A stretch of DNA of 24,000 bases from Thermotoga sp. SG1. Its GTDB lineage: Bacteria; Thermotogota; Thermotogae; Thermotogales; Thermotogaceae. Shown here piece after piece: positions 17,545 through 24,000 of this stretch. The stretch is taken from assembly GCF_002865985.1 (NCBI RefSeq), contig NZ_LNDD01000001.1, positions 273,004 through 297,003 on the forward strand, read 5' to 3'. Positions within the stretch are counted from its first letter, which is position 1. Each line of letters opens with the position of its first letter. Both the position numbers and the translations under genes were made by a program. Below the pieces are notes generated by a model. The model saw only the letters and a program-made list of their open reading frames with translations, did not search any database and was not told the DNA's origin.

Positions 17545-19835
17545 TCTTCCAGAGATACTCCCACCTTCTCCTCAAACACAATGAAAATTCCTTCCTCACC
17601 CGCAAATGCGTCAACGATCTTTCTTGTGAAACTCTGCCTGACTCCTTCTGTTATGTTTATCACCTCATTTTCACCGATGACGAATATCTTTTCCTGAAAA
17701 CGCAGAATCTTTCTTGGAACAGAGAGCATCAGTTGTCTGATCTTCATGTTTTCCCCTGAAATATAAACAACAGAACCATCGCTCAAAAGTATGTAAAGGA
17801 CGCCATCCACAAAAGTTCCATCAACTATGTCTGCACCAGCTCCAAATAAAGAACTCAGTACCCTTTCTTCTTCAGCGAAACCTTCATCGAGAACGATGAT
17901 CTCCTTGTTACTCAAAAGTAGATACTTTCCATTCTCTTCTTTTATGGAGACTCCGTTTCCAGGTGAAGTGGCAAGAAGTTTCTCTCTTCCATCTTTGAAG
18001 AGATAGTACCTCACACCGCCTGGAACCATCTGTGCGTAAAGAATGGCATCTTTTGTCATCAAAGCATCTTCTACATCAACGTTCACAGGAAAGGGTGCGT
18101 ACCTACTTATTCCCACTCTGTCTATCAGGTATATATCGCCTTCACTCAAAAAAGAGATGTAACCGTCCACCTTCTTGAAAAATTTCACGCTTCCTCTGAA
18201 CATCTCTCTGTCCCACATCAGAACACCCAAGCCGATGGCGACATACACATCCTTCCCAAGAGCCGATCCTGCTGTGTAGGAAGATAGTGTCAGCGATCGA
18301 ACCCGCCCCAGGAAACTCTTCGATTGAAACTTTTGAGGGAACACTTCCTTTTCAACGGCTACTTTTTCCTCCTGAGGCTGGGTACTAAGGTTCTCTGAAG
18401 AGATCTCTGGATTTTGCACCGGCAGGTACTCTCTGTAACTGTCATCTTTGAATCCGGAGAAAGCGGGAGTTTCGTAGCTCAGAAGTTCCTTTACCCGCGC
18501 CAGGTTTTCTCTCTGCGAGTAAAGATCGTAGAAGTCTCCTTTTAACTGCAAGGTTTTGCCTATTCTACACGATTGGATGGAAACAAATCCATCGCCGTTT
18601 TCTTTCACAAACTCTGGATAGAACTTTTCTAGTTCAGTTCTCGAAACATCGACACCGTAGGGGGGAGTGTCCCCACAGATGGAAAATATTTCTACATCCT
18701 TCCTGTTGAAATTTTCCAGCTGTTTTATCAGCGAAGAGTCAGGCAGGATTTCTAGTGCCACCTCTCCTAGAGTATCTATGAGGTTTCTGATGTGAAGCGT
18801 CATCATCTTCAACTTCGTCCATTCCACTCCAAAGATACCACTGAGCACCTCCGGATCTTTCTCGAAAAACATCGAGGAAAAGTACAGTGGGTTGACCACG
18901 TTGGTTCCACGGACAGGAGTAGAAAAAAGAACGACTCTTCTGACGTTCTTCACCTCAGGATGGCGCTGAAGCATCCTCAAAACAATCAAACCACCTGTTC
19001 CATGGGCAAGAATGTCGAAATCGTACCTCGAAAGTTCGAGCAGTTCTTTCGAGAGAAAGTCTGCTTCAAAGTCGATGAAGCTTCTTCGCCCTTCCTTCTT
19101 CACAAATTCCCTGTACGCTTCACTGTAGGAAAGTGATCTCGAATCGTAAAGGGCGTACTCATAGATCATCAGCGTTCGATCGGAAAACACGGCCTCCCAT
19201 ATGTTACCATCACCAACGGAACCTTTGAAGGTAGGATCTTCCCCCGGCACTATCAGGACAGCCGGAGCGGGACTGGTTACCATCTCTCTCAGAAGGGTCA
19301 CACCGTGCTTCTGAAAACCAGCAGTTTTCATCACCAGGCCGAAAACAGAAAGATGATAGGTGTAAGCCTCAACAAAGTATCCTCTTTCGTCTTTTCCTAT
19401 CATTGAACCTGGAATGATCCGGTATCCTCCATCGTCTGTTGCGTAGGCTAGGGCGAGATTGTTGTAGTTCTCACCCCTGAAGTACTGGGAGTCAAAATAA
19501 TATTTGAGATGAATAGGCTTTAAAGCGAATTCGTTCACTCCGTCGGCAAATTCTACCTTGTAGAGGTCACCTATGAACGCATCGGAATACTTTTTTCTCT
19601 CATCACCGGATATTCTGGTTATTTTCAGAACTTTTTGCTTTCCAAAAGCCCCGCTCGGTACTTCCACTTTGAGGTTGATGAAACCCGATTCTACTCCCTC
19701 TTTCCCAACCCTGAGGGAAGCCTCTTTCTGAAAAAGAAAGAACAGTATCAAAACTGCTCCCAGAACGACAAAGAACGATATAAGAACGATTTTCCTTCTC
19801 AACAGAATCTCCAGGACCTTTTTCAGCAAGTTCAT
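17526..19835 (-). CDS. Hypothetical 769-aa membrane-anchored protein: N-terminal TM, beta-rich domain, alpha/beta-hydrolase-like core lacking the nucleophile Ser, C-terminal beta-propeller-like repeats
   Basis: TM helix at IVLISFFVVLGAVLILFFLF. The lipase/PGAP1-like blocks are in canonical order: PAVLIVPGEDP, DILAHGTGGLIV (elbow), VVLFSTPVRGT, ICGD, NGDGFVS. Residues ~510-769 show about 7 repeats of short hydrophobic beta-hairpin patterns (DVYVAIGLGVLMWD, DGYISFLSEGDIYLID, GVRYYLFKDG, GKYLLLSNKEIIVLD, DGVLYILLSDGSVVYIS, EKIFVIGENEVINI, EGIFIVFEEKVGVSL). ATG 19835 overlaps the upstream TGA (ATGA), with GGTGGAGGA upstream. Confidence 0.7.
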   Translation of the reverse strand: MNLLKKVLEILLRRKIVLISFFVVLGAVLILFFLFQKEASLRVGKEGVESGFINLKVEVPSGAFGKQKVLKITRISGDERKKYSDAFIGDLYKVEFADGVNEFALKPIHLKYYFDSQYFRGENYNNLALAYATDDGGYRIIPGSMIGKDERGYFVEAYTYHLSVFGLVMKTAGFQKHGVTLLREMVTSPAPAVLIVPGEDPTFKGSVGDGNIWEAVFSDRTLMIYEYALYDSRSLSYSEAYREFVKKEGRRSFIDFEADFLSKELLELSRYDFDILAHGTGGLIVLRMLQRHPEVKNVRRVVLFSTPVRGTNVVNPLYFSSMFFEKDPEVLSGIFGVEWTKLKMMTLHIRNLIDTLGEVALEILPDSSLIKQLENFNRKDVEIFSICGDTPPYGVDVSRTELEKFYPEFVKENGDGFVSIQSCRIGKTLQLKGDFYDLYSQRENLARVKELLSYETPAFSGFKDDSYREYLPVQNPEISSENLSTQPQEEKVAVEKEVFPQKFQSKSFLGRVRSLTLSSYTAGSALGKDVYVAIGLGVLMWDREMFRGSVKFFKKVDGYISFLSEGDIYLIDRVGISRYAPFPVNVDVEDALMTKDAILYAQMVPGGVRYYLFKDGREKLLATSPGNGVSIKEENGKYLLLSNKEIIVLDEGFAEEERVLSSLFGAGADIVDGTFVDGVLYILLSDGSVVYISGENMKIRQLMLSVPRKILRFQEKIFVIGENEVINITEGVRQSFTRKIVDAFAGEEGIFIVFEEKVGVSLEEWRVEG

Positions 19836-20650
19836 CTTTCCTCCACCATTTTCTTCAAATTCTCCAGGAAATCGAAGGTTCTATAAAGTCCTTTTGATTT
19901 CAGAGCCTCCAGTACCTCCTCGTAGTATTTATCGGCAAGTTGCTTTGCCTTCTGAACCCCCATCTTTTTGACCAGCGTGACCTTTTTAACATCCTTCCCT
20001 ACATCTTTTCCTAACTTCTCGAGTGAGCCAAGGACATCCTTCAAATCGTCGTATATCTGAAAAGCAACTCCAAACCTCTCACCGAGTTTCTTTACAAAGG
20101 TGTGGTTGAGGCCTTTTAGGAGAAAAGGAGCGGAAAAACAAAAGGCAAACAGTGCGCCCGTTTTGAAAGCGTACATCTTTTCTACCATTTCTGTTGAGAT
20201 CTCTTTTTCTTGCCTTTCGAATTCAACGTCCATGGCCTCGCCCAGAAGAAGTTTGTACGCTGTTTCTGAGAATTCTTCAAAGAGTTTCGGTTCTCTGGCC
20301 TTCGCTACCTGTGAAAAGGCCAGAAAGAACAGGCCATCGCCCGCAAGGAGTGCGATCCCTTCACCATAGGCCCTGTGGCAGGAAGGCTTCCCCCGGCGAA
20401 AATCCGCGTTGTCTATGGGGGGCAGATCGTCGTGAATGAGAGAAGCCGTATGGAATAGCTCCACAGCGACTGCGACATCGATGAGACGCTCCTCTTCCAG
20501 CCCGATATCCTCACCCACGGTGAGCACGAGGAGAGGACGAATCCTCTTACCACCCGCTGTGACCGAGTACTGCATCGCGTTCTCGGTGAGAAGGTTGAAG
20601 TGTGGCTTTACCAGTTCTTCTATTCTTTTTTCAATCGTTTCCTTCTTCAT
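19832..20650 (-). CDS. Short-chain (E)-prenyl diphosphate synthase (FPP/GGPP synthase family)
   Basis: 272 aa. The first Asp-rich motif is bacterial-type with a 2-residue insertion (LIHDDLPPIDNADFRRG); the second is FQIYDDLKD; GKDVGKD is also present. Position -5 before the first DD is Ala (HTASLIHDD) rather than the Tyr/Phe of classical FPP synthases, which suggests a C20 or longer product (inference). Confidence 0.88.
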   Translation of the reverse strand: MKKETIEKRIEELVKPHFNLLTENAMQYSVTAGGKRIRPLLVLTVGEDIGLEEERLIDVAVAVELFHTASLIHDDLPPIDNADFRRGKPSCHRAYGEGIALLAGDGLFFLAFSQVAKAREPKLFEEFSETAYKLLLGEAMDVEFERQEKEISTEMVEKMYAFKTGALFAFCFSAPFLLKGLNHTFVKKLGERFGVAFQIYDDLKDVLGSLEKLGKDVGKDVKKVTLVKKMGVQKAKQLADKYYEEVLEALKSKGLYRTFDFLENLKKMVEER

Positions 20651-21176
20651 CTTCTTCCCTCTTCTTCTCTATCATCTGCTTGAACACATCTATGTTGAGA
20701 TTTTCGATGAACTTTTTGAATTCCTCCTCTTCGTTTTTGTCTTCTCCTATCTCCAGTTCGATAGCGTGCTTTTCTACGAGGTTTTCGGATACAAAGATGG
20801 TTGCACCGGTTTTGACGGCCAGTATTATTGCGTCGGATGGTCTGGAGTCGATCTCTATGAGGGCAGCCTCCTCGTCCTCTTCGTCGGTGTAGGTGAGATC
20901 TCGAAGTATCAAGGAGGCATAAAACGTGTTGTCCTTCAAAGAGTGTATTATGACTTTTTCCACTCGAGCTTCAAGAGACTCAAGTATGCTCAGGAGTAAA
21001 TCGTGCGTCAGAGGACGGGGAAAGTCCACCTTTTCCAGAGCCAGTGCAAGGGCATGACCTTCACACGCTCCTATCCAGATGGGAAGTACCTTGCTGGTGT
21101 CTTCTATCCCCAGTATTACAACGGGTGTGTTGCTCACCCTGTCTAGAACAAGAGCCTTCACCCAGGCCTTCTTCAA
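20631..21176 (-). CDS. DUF151 / bifunctional nuclease (BFN) domain protein with acidic C-terminal extension
   Basis: The core ALVLDRVSNTPVVILGIEDTSKVLPIWIGACEGHALALALEKVDFPRPLTHDLLLSILESLEARVEKVIIHSLKDNTFYA matches the DUF151 pattern. I prefer TTG 21176 (MKKAWVKAL; GGAGGGAGGG 7 nt upstream; 181 aa) over the track's TTG 21227, which sits inside the predicted promoter. The stop overlaps the prenyl synthase start by 20 nt. Confidence 0.8.
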   Translation of the reverse strand: MKKAWVKALVLDRVSNTPVVILGIEDTSKVLPIWIGACEGHALALALEKVDFPRPLTHDLLLSILESLEARVEKVIIHSLKDNTFYASLILRDLTYTDEEDEEAALIEIDSRPSDAIILAVKTGATIFVSENLVEKHAIELEIGEDKNEEEEFKKFIENLNIDVFKQMIEKKREEDEEGND

Positions 21177-21301
21177 TACGTTTCCCTCCCTCCAGATTTT
21201 TCCGCTCCAGAGATATTCTACAACCAAATTTCAGATGGTGGCAAAATTTTTGAATTAAAATGGACGTTGATCAAACTGAAAAAGGAGGGGTTATGGTGGG
21301 T
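21177..21301. promoter_or_regulatory. Divergent promoter region for the BFN-led operon (minus) and rdgB (plus)
   Basis: Minus strand: TTGCCA (21244..21239), 18-nt spacer, TAGAAT (21220..21215), a near-consensus sigma70-type pair. Plus strand: candidate -10 TAAAAT (21256-21261) without a convincing -35. The rdgB SD is AAGGAGGGG (21282-21290). Confidence 0.45.
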
Positions 21302-21886
21302 ATGTTCAAAATCTACGTTGCCACTACAAACCCACATAAAGTCGAAGAAATCAGAGAAATCGCTCCAGAGTGGGTAGAGGTCTTACCCTCTCCGGAAAAA
21401 ATCGAAGTGATCGAGGACGGAGAGATCTTCCTGGAAAACTCCGTGAAAAAGGCGATCGTTTATGGGAAAAAACTCAAATCTCCCGTGATAGCCGATGATT
21501 CTGGGCTTGTTATCTACTCTTTGGGAGGATTTCCAGGAGTTATGTCCGCTCGCTTCATGGAAGAATACACCTACGAGGAGAAAATGAAAACAATTCTGAA
21601 AATGCTGGAAGGTAAAGACAGAAAAGCCGCTTTTGTCTGTAATGCCACGTTCTTCGACCCTCAAAAAAATCTTCTCGTTTCTGTAGAAGGCAGGGTAGAA
21701 GGTTATATCGCCGAAGAGATAAGAGGAACAGGTGGGTTTGGCTACGATCCTTTCTTTGTACCGGAGGGGTACGACAGGACCTTTGGTGAAATGCCCGAAC
21801 TCAAGAAAAAACTCAGCCACAGGTCCAGGGCTTTCAGAAAACTGTTTTCGATACTCTCGAAGATCTCAGAATCAGAAAGCCTGTGA
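21302..21886 (+). CDS. rdgB: dITP/XTP pyrophosphatase (RdgB/HAM1 family non-canonical NTP pyrophosphatase)
   Basis: Motifs [37 protein letters not shown] and SHRSRA. I prefer ATG 21302 ([10 protein letters not shown]; GGAGGGG ~11 nt upstream; 194 aa) over the track start at 21260. The 3' end overlaps the lgt 3' end by 53 nt. Confidence 0.9.
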   Translation: MFKIYVATTNPHKVEEIREIAPEWVEVLPSPEKIEVIEDGEIFLENSVKKAIVYGKKLKSPVIADDSGLVIYSLGGFPGVMSARFMEEYTYEEKMKTILKMLEGKDRKAAFVCNATFFDPQKNLLVSVEGRVEGYIAEEIRGTGGFGYDPFFVPEGYDRTFGEMPELKKKLSHRSRAFRKLFSILSKISESESL

Positions 21887-22703
21887 AACCCAGAAGAATC
21901 AAAACAGCGCTCAAAAGCTGGGCGGCCCTTATGTTACCCATCATCAAACTATCGACCCTGAGCCTTTCTATCATGATCCTTCCAAGGGAGTATAAAAGAA
22001 AATAAAGGCAGGTTATCTCCCCCGGTCTCTTTCGGTATTTTCTGTAATACACACTCAACAAAAAAAACACCAGAAGATCCCAGATAGATTCGTACAGAAA
22101 GGTCGGATGGAAAAAGGAGTAATCCCTGTACAGAACGGGCCTGTAAGGTTCGGGCACGAACATCTTCCAGGGAAGATTCGTTGGCACACCAAAGGCCTCG
22201 TAGTTGAAAAAGTTCCCCCATCTGCCTATCGCCTGTCCCAGTGGAAGAACGGAGGTGAAAAGATCCGTTGCCTGCAAAAAGGAAAAGGAAGGCCTCTTAA
22301 AAACGATGTAGAGAAAGCCCGTCATCAAAGCACCGATTATGGCTCCGTGTATGGCAAGGCCACCTTCCCAGATCTTCAAAACGTCCCAGAAACTCCTGTA
22401 GTATTTCAGGTTGAAGAGAACGTAATAAAGTCGGGCACCCACAATTCCGAAAATCGTCCCGTAGAAGACCAGTTCGTCGAACTCTTCCACATCGATTCTT
22501 TCTTCCTTTGCTCTCCTTCTGGCCAGGAAATAGCCGAGGAGAAATCCTGTTAGGATAAGCGTTGAATACCATCGAAGCTCAAAACCGCCGATTCTGAAGA
22601 TGTACCTTCTCACAAGAACCTCACCACTGAACACCTTCGCAAGAAAGATCGAAAGAAGAAAAACTCCAAGAACGATCAATAACGTTATCAGGACTCTCTT
22701 CAT
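21834..22703 (-). CDS. lgt: Prolipoprotein (phosphatidylglycerol) diacylglyceryl transferase
   Basis: Lgt signature blocks [31 protein letters not shown]...PW and [12 protein letters not shown], with multiple TM helices. I prefer ATG 22703 (MKRVLITLL; GGAGGAG upstream; ATGA overlap with the RemA-like stop) over ATG 22721, which has no SD. Confidence 0.92.
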   Translation of the reverse strand: MKRVLITLLIVLGVFLLSIFLAKVFSGEVLVRRYIFRIGGFELRWYSTLILTGFLLGYFLARRRAKEERIDVEEFDELVFYGTIFGIVGARLYYVLFNLKYYRSFWDVLKIWEGGLAIHGAIIGALMTGFLYIVFKRPSFSFLQATDLFTSVLPLGQAIGRWGNFFNYEAFGVPTNLPWKMFVPEPYRPVLYRDYSFFHPTFLYESIWDLLVFFLLSVYYRKYRKRPGEITCLYFLLYSLGRIMIERLRVDSLMMGNIRAAQLLSAVLILLGFTGFLILRSSRVSKTVF

Positions 22704-22945
22704 CTTCTCCTCCTTCCCCATATGACACGAACCGCTATCTTGTACCTTGTGGGAATGAGCACCACGTGACCGCTGTCCATGATGACCGCCGTTTTCGCCT
22801 GCTTGCCGAAAGTGGCGTTTATTATTTTGTTTGCGTAAAAGTCGATATTTTTCAACTTCTTTTCCATGGCGGTGCTGACGGGCATCACCGCAACGATTCG
22901 TTCTCGAGGAAGGAAGACCTTTCTTCCAAAGGAAACAAAACTCAC
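22700..22945 (-). CDS. DUF370 / RemA-like small DNA-binding protein
   Basis: The by-eye alignment to B. subtilis RemA is strong: INATFGKQAKTAVIMDSGHVVLI versus [23 protein letters not shown], and FVSFGRKVFLPRERIVAVMPV versus LINIGFGNIISANRMISIVSP. I prefer GTG 22945 (GGAGGTGA 5 nt upstream; 81 aa) over the track start at 23005. Confidence 0.75.
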   Translation of the reverse strand: MSFVSFGRKVFLPRERIVAVMPVSTAMEKKLKNIDFYANKIINATFGKQAKTAVIMDSGHVVLIPTRYKIAVRVIWGRRRR

Positions 22946-22992
22946 ACTTTCACCTCCATCATGGTGTATGATACCATTTTCTGGGGGGTGAA
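22946..22992. promoter_or_regulatory. 47-bp divergent intergenic region between the RemA-like gene and the flavin reductase-like gene, with overlapping candidate -10 elements
   Basis: Minus strand: extended -10 TGgTATCAT (hexamer 22973..22968). Plus strand: TATGAT (22967-22972) on the same base pairs. The SDs are GGAGGTGA (minus) and GGGGGGTGA (22983-22991, plus). Any -35 elements must lie inside the neighbouring coding sequences. Confidence 0.3.
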
Positions 22993-23445
22993 ATGATGGA
23001 TGCATTGGGAAAGCTTTATACCTCTACCGCCATAGTAACTGTGAACGTCGACGGTAAACTGAATGGCATCACCGTGGCGTGGGTGACGAGGGTGTCCTGG
23101 CAACCTCCCATGGTGGCCGTTTCCATAGGAAAGACGAGGTACACGAGGGAACTCCTCGACAAAGCAGACTCTTTCGCCGTCTGCATACTCGGAAAGGACG
23201 CAAAAGAAATCGCAGAGTACTTCGGAACAGTCTCTGGGAGAACTACCGACAAATTCAAAAAGTACCCATACACAATGAGTGAAGGAGACCTTCCGATTCC
23301 AGAGGAAACGATCGCATACCTTGAGTGTGAAAAGACGGGCAGGTTCGAAGCGGGAGATCACATCGTCTACGTTGGAACGGTGAGAAGACAAAAGGTGCTG
23401 AAAGATGAACCACCACTTCTGTTCGGAGAACACAGACTGATATAG
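22993..23445 (+). CDS. Flavin reductase-like (FMN-binding split-barrel) domain protein
   Basis: 150 aa. The patterns TSTAIVTVNVDGKLNGITVAWVTRVSWQPPMVAVSIGKTRYTRELL and ...AYLECEKTGRFEAGDHIVYVGTV... are typical of the flavin reductase / flavoredoxin family. The start is ATG 22993 or 22996. Confidence 0.75.
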   Translation: MMDALGKLYTSTAIVTVNVDGKLNGITVAWVTRVSWQPPMVAVSIGKTRYTRELLDKADSFAVCILGKDAKEIAEYFGTVSGRTTDKFKKYPYTMSEGDLPIPEETIAYLECEKTGRFEAGDHIVYVGTVRRQKVLKDEPPLLFGEHRLI

Positions 23446-23476
23446 AAGGCAGGGAACTCCCTGCCTTCATTTTTTT
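23445..23476 (+). terminator. Rho-independent terminator of the flavin reductase-like gene
   Basis: GAAGGCAGGG (23445-23454), loop AACT, CCCTGCCTTC (23459-23468), then A-TTTTTTT (T-run 23470-23476). The perfect 10-bp stem starts at the last base of the TAG stop. Confidence 0.85.
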
Positions 23477-23537
23477 AACAGTTTTGAAAATATCCTGAAC
23501 AGCTAGCATGCATACTGTGGATTGGGAGGTGATTCAG

Positions 23538-24000
23538 ATGAGAAGATTCACCGTGCTGGTTCTGGCTCTTTTGCTGGTTGCTTTTTCCTTTTCACAGGTG
23601 AAGAACGTTATCTACTTCATTGGTGATGGTATGGGACTTGCCCAAGCCTACATTACCAGTCTGATCGAAGGAAAGCCCCTTTCTTTTACGAAAACCCCTT
23701 ACATAGGTCTTGTGAAGACCCACTCTGCGGACAGCTGGGTGACGGATTCTGCCGCCGCGGGAACTGCTCTGGCAAGCGGTTTTAAGACGAACAACGGAAT
23801 GATCAACATCCTTCCCAACGGCACCAGGGTTCCCACCATCTTTGAGATAGCAAAAGCATATGGAGCCAAAACGGGTATCGTTGCCACCTGTAGAGTGACA
23901 CACGCGACACCGGCAGCCTTCTATGCACACGTTAAAAATAGAGGCGAGGAGAACGAGATCGCAAGACAACTCGTGGAAAGTGAAACAGTGGATCTGGTTA
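23538..24000 (+). CDS. Alkaline phosphatase family protein (secreted), N-terminal part; continues past the window end
   Basis: Absent from the ORF track because it runs off the edge. Translation: MRRFTVLVLALLLVAFSFSQVKNVIYFIGDGMGLAQ...THSADSWVTDSAAAGTALASGFKTNNG...ATCRVTHATPAAFYAHV. It shows a signal peptide, the metal-ligand block DGMG and the active-site D-S-A block. The SD GGGAGGTGA (23524-23532) lies 5 nt upstream. Confidence 0.88.
   Translation, partial: MRRFTVLVLALLLVAFSFSQVKNVIYFIGDGMGLAQAYITSLIEGKPLSFTKTPYIGLVKTHSADSWVTDSAAAGTALASGFKTNNGMINILPNGTRVPTIFEIAKAYGAKTGIVATCRVTHATPAAFYAHVKNRGEENEIARQLVESETVDLV

Noticed and set aside
21829-21881. Inverted repeat GGCTTTC ... GAAAGCC bracketing the rdgB/lgt overlap, considered as a bidirectional terminator.
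   Set aside because: It has a 39-nt loop, only a 7-bp stem and no U-tract on either strand, so it does not meet intrinsic-terminator criteria. It is mentioned only as context in the overlap finding.
23484-23516. TTGAAA (23484-89) as a -35 for the alkaline phosphatase gene.
   Set aside because: The candidate -10 hexamers sit at spacers of 14 nt (TAGCAT) or 21 nt (CATACT), so no acceptable pairing exists. A promoter is probably in this 60-nt gap, but I cannot place it.
23508-23537. Upstream in-frame ATG (23508) that would add MHTVDWEVIQ to the alkaline phosphatase.
   Set aside because: There is no SD in front of it. ATG 23538 has GGGAGGTGA 5 nt upstream and starts a textbook signal peptide (MRRFTVLVLALLL), and the extension would bury the n-region.
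1-24000. Search by eye for CRISPR repeats, tRNA/rRNA-like sequence, IS/transposase/integrase genes, toxin-antitoxin pairs, defence-system genes or compositional islands.
   Set aside because: None was found. Every stretch longer than ~125 nt is accounted for by a CDS with a recognisable family or conserved-looking architecture. Composition and SD usage look uniform across the window, consistent with core chromosome rather than an accessory region.

Overview
This window is a dense, almost entirely protein-coding chromosomal segment. It carries hallmarks of a hyperthermophilic Thermotoga-type bacterium: reverse gyrase, a membrane-integral pyrophosphatase, very strong GGAGG-type Shine-Dalgarno sites, purine-rich coding strands, and only about 450 nt (~2%) non-coding by my start calls. 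I call 24 CDS (2 cut by the window edges), 2 intrinsic-terminator-like hairpins and 3 short divergent promoter regions. By eye I found no rRNA, tRNA, CRISPR array, transposase, integrase or long repeat. The gene order matches what I recall of the T. maritima TM0156-TM0178 locus in reverse orientation, though the proteins look diverged from that strain. This recollection is unverified. The region therefore looks like conserved core genome, not an accessory island. Genes, left to right: priA' (-), YitT-family (-), DUF89 (-), orphan ACP (-), hppA (-), rgy (-), ahcY (-), YqeG-like HAD (-), 73-aa ORF (-), rex (-), leuS (-), deoB (+), folC (+), ruvA (+), DUF368 (-), TPR/acidic-tail membrane protein (-), 769-aa membrane protein (-), short-chain prenyl diphosphate synthase (-), DUF151/BFN nuclease (-), rdgB (+), lgt (-), RemA-like DUF370 (-), flavin reductase-like (+), alkaline phosphatase' (+). 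The best candidate for something undescribed is the translationally coupled string at 15929-21176. There, two uncharacterised envelope proteins sit between a prenyl diphosphate synthase and a DUF368 (polyprenyl-phosphate translocase family) gene. One of them is a 769-aa protein with an alpha/beta-hydrolase-like core that appears to lack its nucleophile serine. Secondary observations are an orphan ACP overlapping a DUF89 phosphatase, a 10.5-kb seven-gene coupled string containing rex and rgy, two convergent gene pairs with overlapping 3' ends, and frequent TTG/GTG starts that the longest-ORF track overshoots. All family assignments come from motif recognition by eye; no searches were run.
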